A stretch of DNA of 64,000 bases, counting the filler, from Dimargaris cristalligena (lineage: Eukaryota), in the NCBI GenBank assembly GCA_003614675.1. It is 3 parts of 3 records of this genome, joined end to end, with 100 filler letters (N's around TTAATTAATTAA, not from the genome) between each part and the next. Parts side by side here need not be neighbours in the genome. Positions count along the whole stretch, not along the records: positions 45,111 to 64,000 come from ML002748.1; 2 more parts are not named here. The stretch is one strand, 5' to 3'. Below are positions 60,509 to 64,000 of this stretch, piece after piece. Both the position numbers and the translations under genes were made by a program. The notes beneath the pieces were generated by a model. That model searched no databases, had not been told where the DNA came from, and saw only the letters and a program-made list of their open reading frames with translations. Numbering within the stretch: position 1 is the first letter of the stretch; every line of letters begins with the position of its first letter.

Positions 60509-62989
60509 TATATTGTACCTTAGACATGGGGAAGTAGAAAGCCATAATACCAATCATGACATGAACTATACCCTGCATTTTAAGTACTCCCTCCCCAGCC
60601 CGCCATGAAGGCGGTCCTTCTTTGGTTCAGGTAAACACTATTACTCTCATCCTAACTGCTGTACTTTAAAACATTTCCTTTGTTAACTATTTTAATACAG
60701 AGTCAGAGTCCACATGGGTAAGTTACCTAAACATCTGGCTTCAGGTGCCATATCATTTCTTACCTTATCAATAAGAAATAGCCAAGGGGGATATCGATAT
60801 ATGAGTGCCTAGGGCATCGGTACTAACTGATGGAAATTGTATAATGATTTATTGGATAAACTAGGGGGAGGACTATACTAAGGAATAAGCGGGGAAAACC
60901 TTGATAAAGTATTTATACGCGGGGTAATACCAAAGCCATCCAGAAATGTTACTGACGACATCGAAAAGTATATGTTGGTATTTGGAAGCCTTTGATGAGA
61001 ATAGGAGGAGAACCCTGTGATTAACAACGAAGGTGTCGCAGAGAAGCACTTTAAATGTACGCCGGGAAAGAATAATCGGTCAGCATAATACCAAGTACTA
61101 TCGTGGAAAAGTGGTTAAGGCAAAGTGGTGTTTTATTAGGTTGACGATTGAGGTAAATCTAAATTTAGACATGTATTACTCCGTGCAATCAAACGAACTG
61201 TGCACCATACCTTTTAGGGAATTTTCTGACTAAACAAAATCCATCGATTCACAGTTCGAAATGATGAGGTTTTAACGGTATTAAAGTCCTTGCATTGAAG
61301 CGTTTTAATGGGGAGATTCATGCACACAGGACTTTGTAGATACCACCATATCATATGGAAATCGAGAGTGTTACAAAGTATGGGTCGGACCCGCGATACT
61401 GTTAATTTCTAGGACGGGGAGTAAGTCCGGAACATCCACGAGTAGGTGCAATAGGTAAATATAGGGGGTATGTCATGGTTATGAGTCCACCGCCACCAGC
61501 AAGGCTGTAAATTCGATATTGAAAGAGCTAATATTCTTAGGAAACTGGATGCGGGACCACCTACCTACCTGCCCACTAAACAAATATGGTATTTGCCGTT
61601 TAAAGCATGCATCAATATATTTCAATCGAATATAGTCTTTTAGGTGTGTACTTGTACACCAAGTTGAGCCCTTCTTCGCTCTTGCACTGTAATAGGTTAC
61701 TCTATACAACAAACTGACAGTAAGAATTGGACAATCACCCAGCTTGTCTTACATATCCACCACCGCATTTCTACAACTAGCCAGACAATTATTATTGGAT
61801 AAGTAACGATACCCCACCTGGAGGTTTAAAGATGGTGTTTGTGGATTACGTTACGGTTATCCTGTTAGAAATTGCTATTCCAGTTGACTAGCATTCTCCA
61901 AGTAAAGTCCTATGATTTATTTTGAGTTGACTAATACAGGGAATTGGTTTAAAAGTTGGTTTCCCCAGGATACTAAAAGAATTCGAAATGTTGTATGGGC
62001 CCATTTGTCAGTGCCATTCATTCAGGCTACCTGTAACGGGCCCCGCCCCCTGTTTTTGAGAGCCCAATCAGTGGGCCGGGTTATATCTATATGAATAGTA
62101 AAATAGGGCGGATGGGGGGAGTGTGTGGGAGGGTTTGCCCGTGGTAGCGGGAAAGGAGCAGTGATTTCCGATTACTTGATGGTAACGGTGGTTGGTGGTG
62201 TTGAACGGAAATGAAGGTTATGTTGCCGGGAGAGGAAATTGGACATCGCAGCAGCCAGAAAGAGCAGCGGGGGAAGCGATAAAAAGGGCAAGACGCGTCC
62301 CCGGGGAACATTTGGCGACACCATCTTGGTTGAGGAGGGAAAAGGCCCGGGAAGGGGGGGGGGCATCACTGCCGCACTATTGGGTCGATTATTTTATTGA
62401 CCTAAGTGCATTCTTAATATACATCGGGAGGGATATATAATTCATAAGGCAATTTAAGACAAGATATGTTGGTTAGAAACCATTATGCATTAGAAAGGAA
62501 CATCTGCATTTTAACAGCAAACCCATCGGAAGGCTATACACGGCTGTAGTTGCAATGAGAGAAAGAGTCAATATAACTACTCGGAAGCAAATAGCCACCG
62601 CCCCAGTCCTCCTTTCACCCACCCTTTCACTAACTGTTATATCGGCATTAATCATTCCAACCACCATACGGCAGCGTAATGGTCACCAATGTAGCAGTAT
62701 ATAAAGGGTGAATGGCGATACTAAAAATGCTGGTATTACCAATGTGTATATATGATATAATCAACTTACTTTTTGTAATACCCAGTGTATGGGTTTTATA
62801 ATCGGGGCCCTGGGATCGGCCGTAGGGTAATCCCTACTGGGCCGATCCTTGCCCTTAATATTTAGCTTGGTGATGAAATACATTTTTATCGAGGTAATGA
62901 TTTTAATTAGAAATTAATTGAACACTATAGGGGGATAATGTGGCAGTTTTTATAACCTCGAGGAACCCACACCCTGGCCCAGTAATAAA

Positions 62990-63620
62990 GGTGTATTGGT
63001 AGGAGAACAAGAAGGTTCTATTGTATGGTCACATAGTGAAATTACATCAAAATTTCCCACTGTGGAAAAGATAGTCGGTATTGGCAATGTAATAACATAA
63101 GCATGTCACCTGCCACTGACTTGGGCCAATGGTCTGTAATGGGGATATCCCTGGCCTCCCCAGATAAAGATGCTCCATTACCAGCAAAAATGAATCTGGT
63201 GGGGGCATTGATGAATTTGATTTTTAAGAAAGCTAACATATTAAGATTGTTTAGCTGACCTTCCCTTGTATTGTAACCTCCCTTTTAATTCAAATCAATC
63301 ACAAAGGTCGCTTACATGACAGTTCTACACATCTGGATGGCAGGCACCCATCAATTCCCTGAATGCAATGGTACCTTTGCCAATAATGGTACTCCTCTGC
63401 CCATATGTAGAGGCATTCATTTCAAAGATAATAGGAACATTCCCTGTGGTAGACAAGTATAGTATGACTGTTGTCATTTGTTTCCTGCTTAGATAAAAGT
63501 AAGGTACATCATCACTGTCCTCTCCAATCATTGCTAATACAACCTTCTGTTCACACTTACTGACCCTTTTATCATGTACACTTCATCCACATTGTCCAGT
63601 TAGATATATTCCTATTCTTT
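62990..63620 (-). mobile_element. Degenerate pogo/Fot1-like DDE transposase remnant
   Basis: Broken minus-strand frames give NVDEV (cf. N-x-D-E-T), RKQMTTVILYLSTTGNVPIIFE (cf. R-V-T-V..C.SA.G..LPP.IIF), AFLKIKFI and IFIWGGQGYPH (cf. LILDGH.SH), in the expected order. The region is strongly CpG-depleted. Confidence 0.55.
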
Positions 63621-64000
63621 ATCACCCCATTTCTTGCCAATGTCTAAATACATTAATAGCACTACTGCTCATTCAAGGCATAGCTCTGTCCAGGTAGATT
63701 AAGGGTTGCTGTGGATATTATAAATGCATAATAAAGCCAATGGCTACTTTTTGTCACAGATATTAGATTATTCCTTTCTATACATATAGCTACTAACCCT
63801 AAGAGATAATATGTGTATAGCTAGGTGTGGTGAACTTACCATATTTTTTACTTACTTTTATTTTTAATCCATTTTTCGCACTTATCGGAAGTACACCCCT
63901 GATGAGTGAATGAGCCCCTACCCCTGACGAGTATAGTCAGTTTTCCCTCCATTTTCATTATTATATTGTTTTTCCTATTATTATATTTTATACCCTTGAC

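Noticed and set aside
58998-60578. Similar peptides in ORFs 58998-59300, 60042-60353 and 60396-60578 as a gene family
   Set aside because: The similarity reflects the DNA inverted repeat. The right copy is interrupted by a stop, two of the three starts are non-ATG, and the composition is not coding-like.

Overview
Eukaryotic, fungal sequence with GT-AG introns, an APSES factor, Zn2Cys6 factors and a CBM18 protein. The gene content suggests an early-diverging fungus, but that is inference. The window is three assembled pieces joined by two identical 100-nt spacers (N44-TTAATTAATTAA-N44 at 22476-22575 and 45011-45110), so adjacency across them is unproven. Piece 1 holds a CpG-free decayed tract, a BRD7/9-like bromodomain gene, ATP12, PGI1, a candidate structured RNA, MIC60, a GCNA/SprT-like gene and a TBC1D20-like RabGAP. 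Piece 2 holds a truncated gene, a StuA/Efg1-type APSES gene with a very long upstream region, primase small subunit PRI1 and FAP7/AK6. Piece 3 looks accessory: a secreted class-3 lipase, two tandem Zn2Cys6 paralogues, a secreted triple-hevein protein, a ~290-bp inverted repeat and a pogo/Fot1-like relic. The most striking feature is PRI1. Its 3' half is split by 1.5-2.3 kb introns, about ten times the local norm, that stretch toward the promoter of the developmental APSES gene, resembling the bystander/target layout of animal genomic regulatory blocks.
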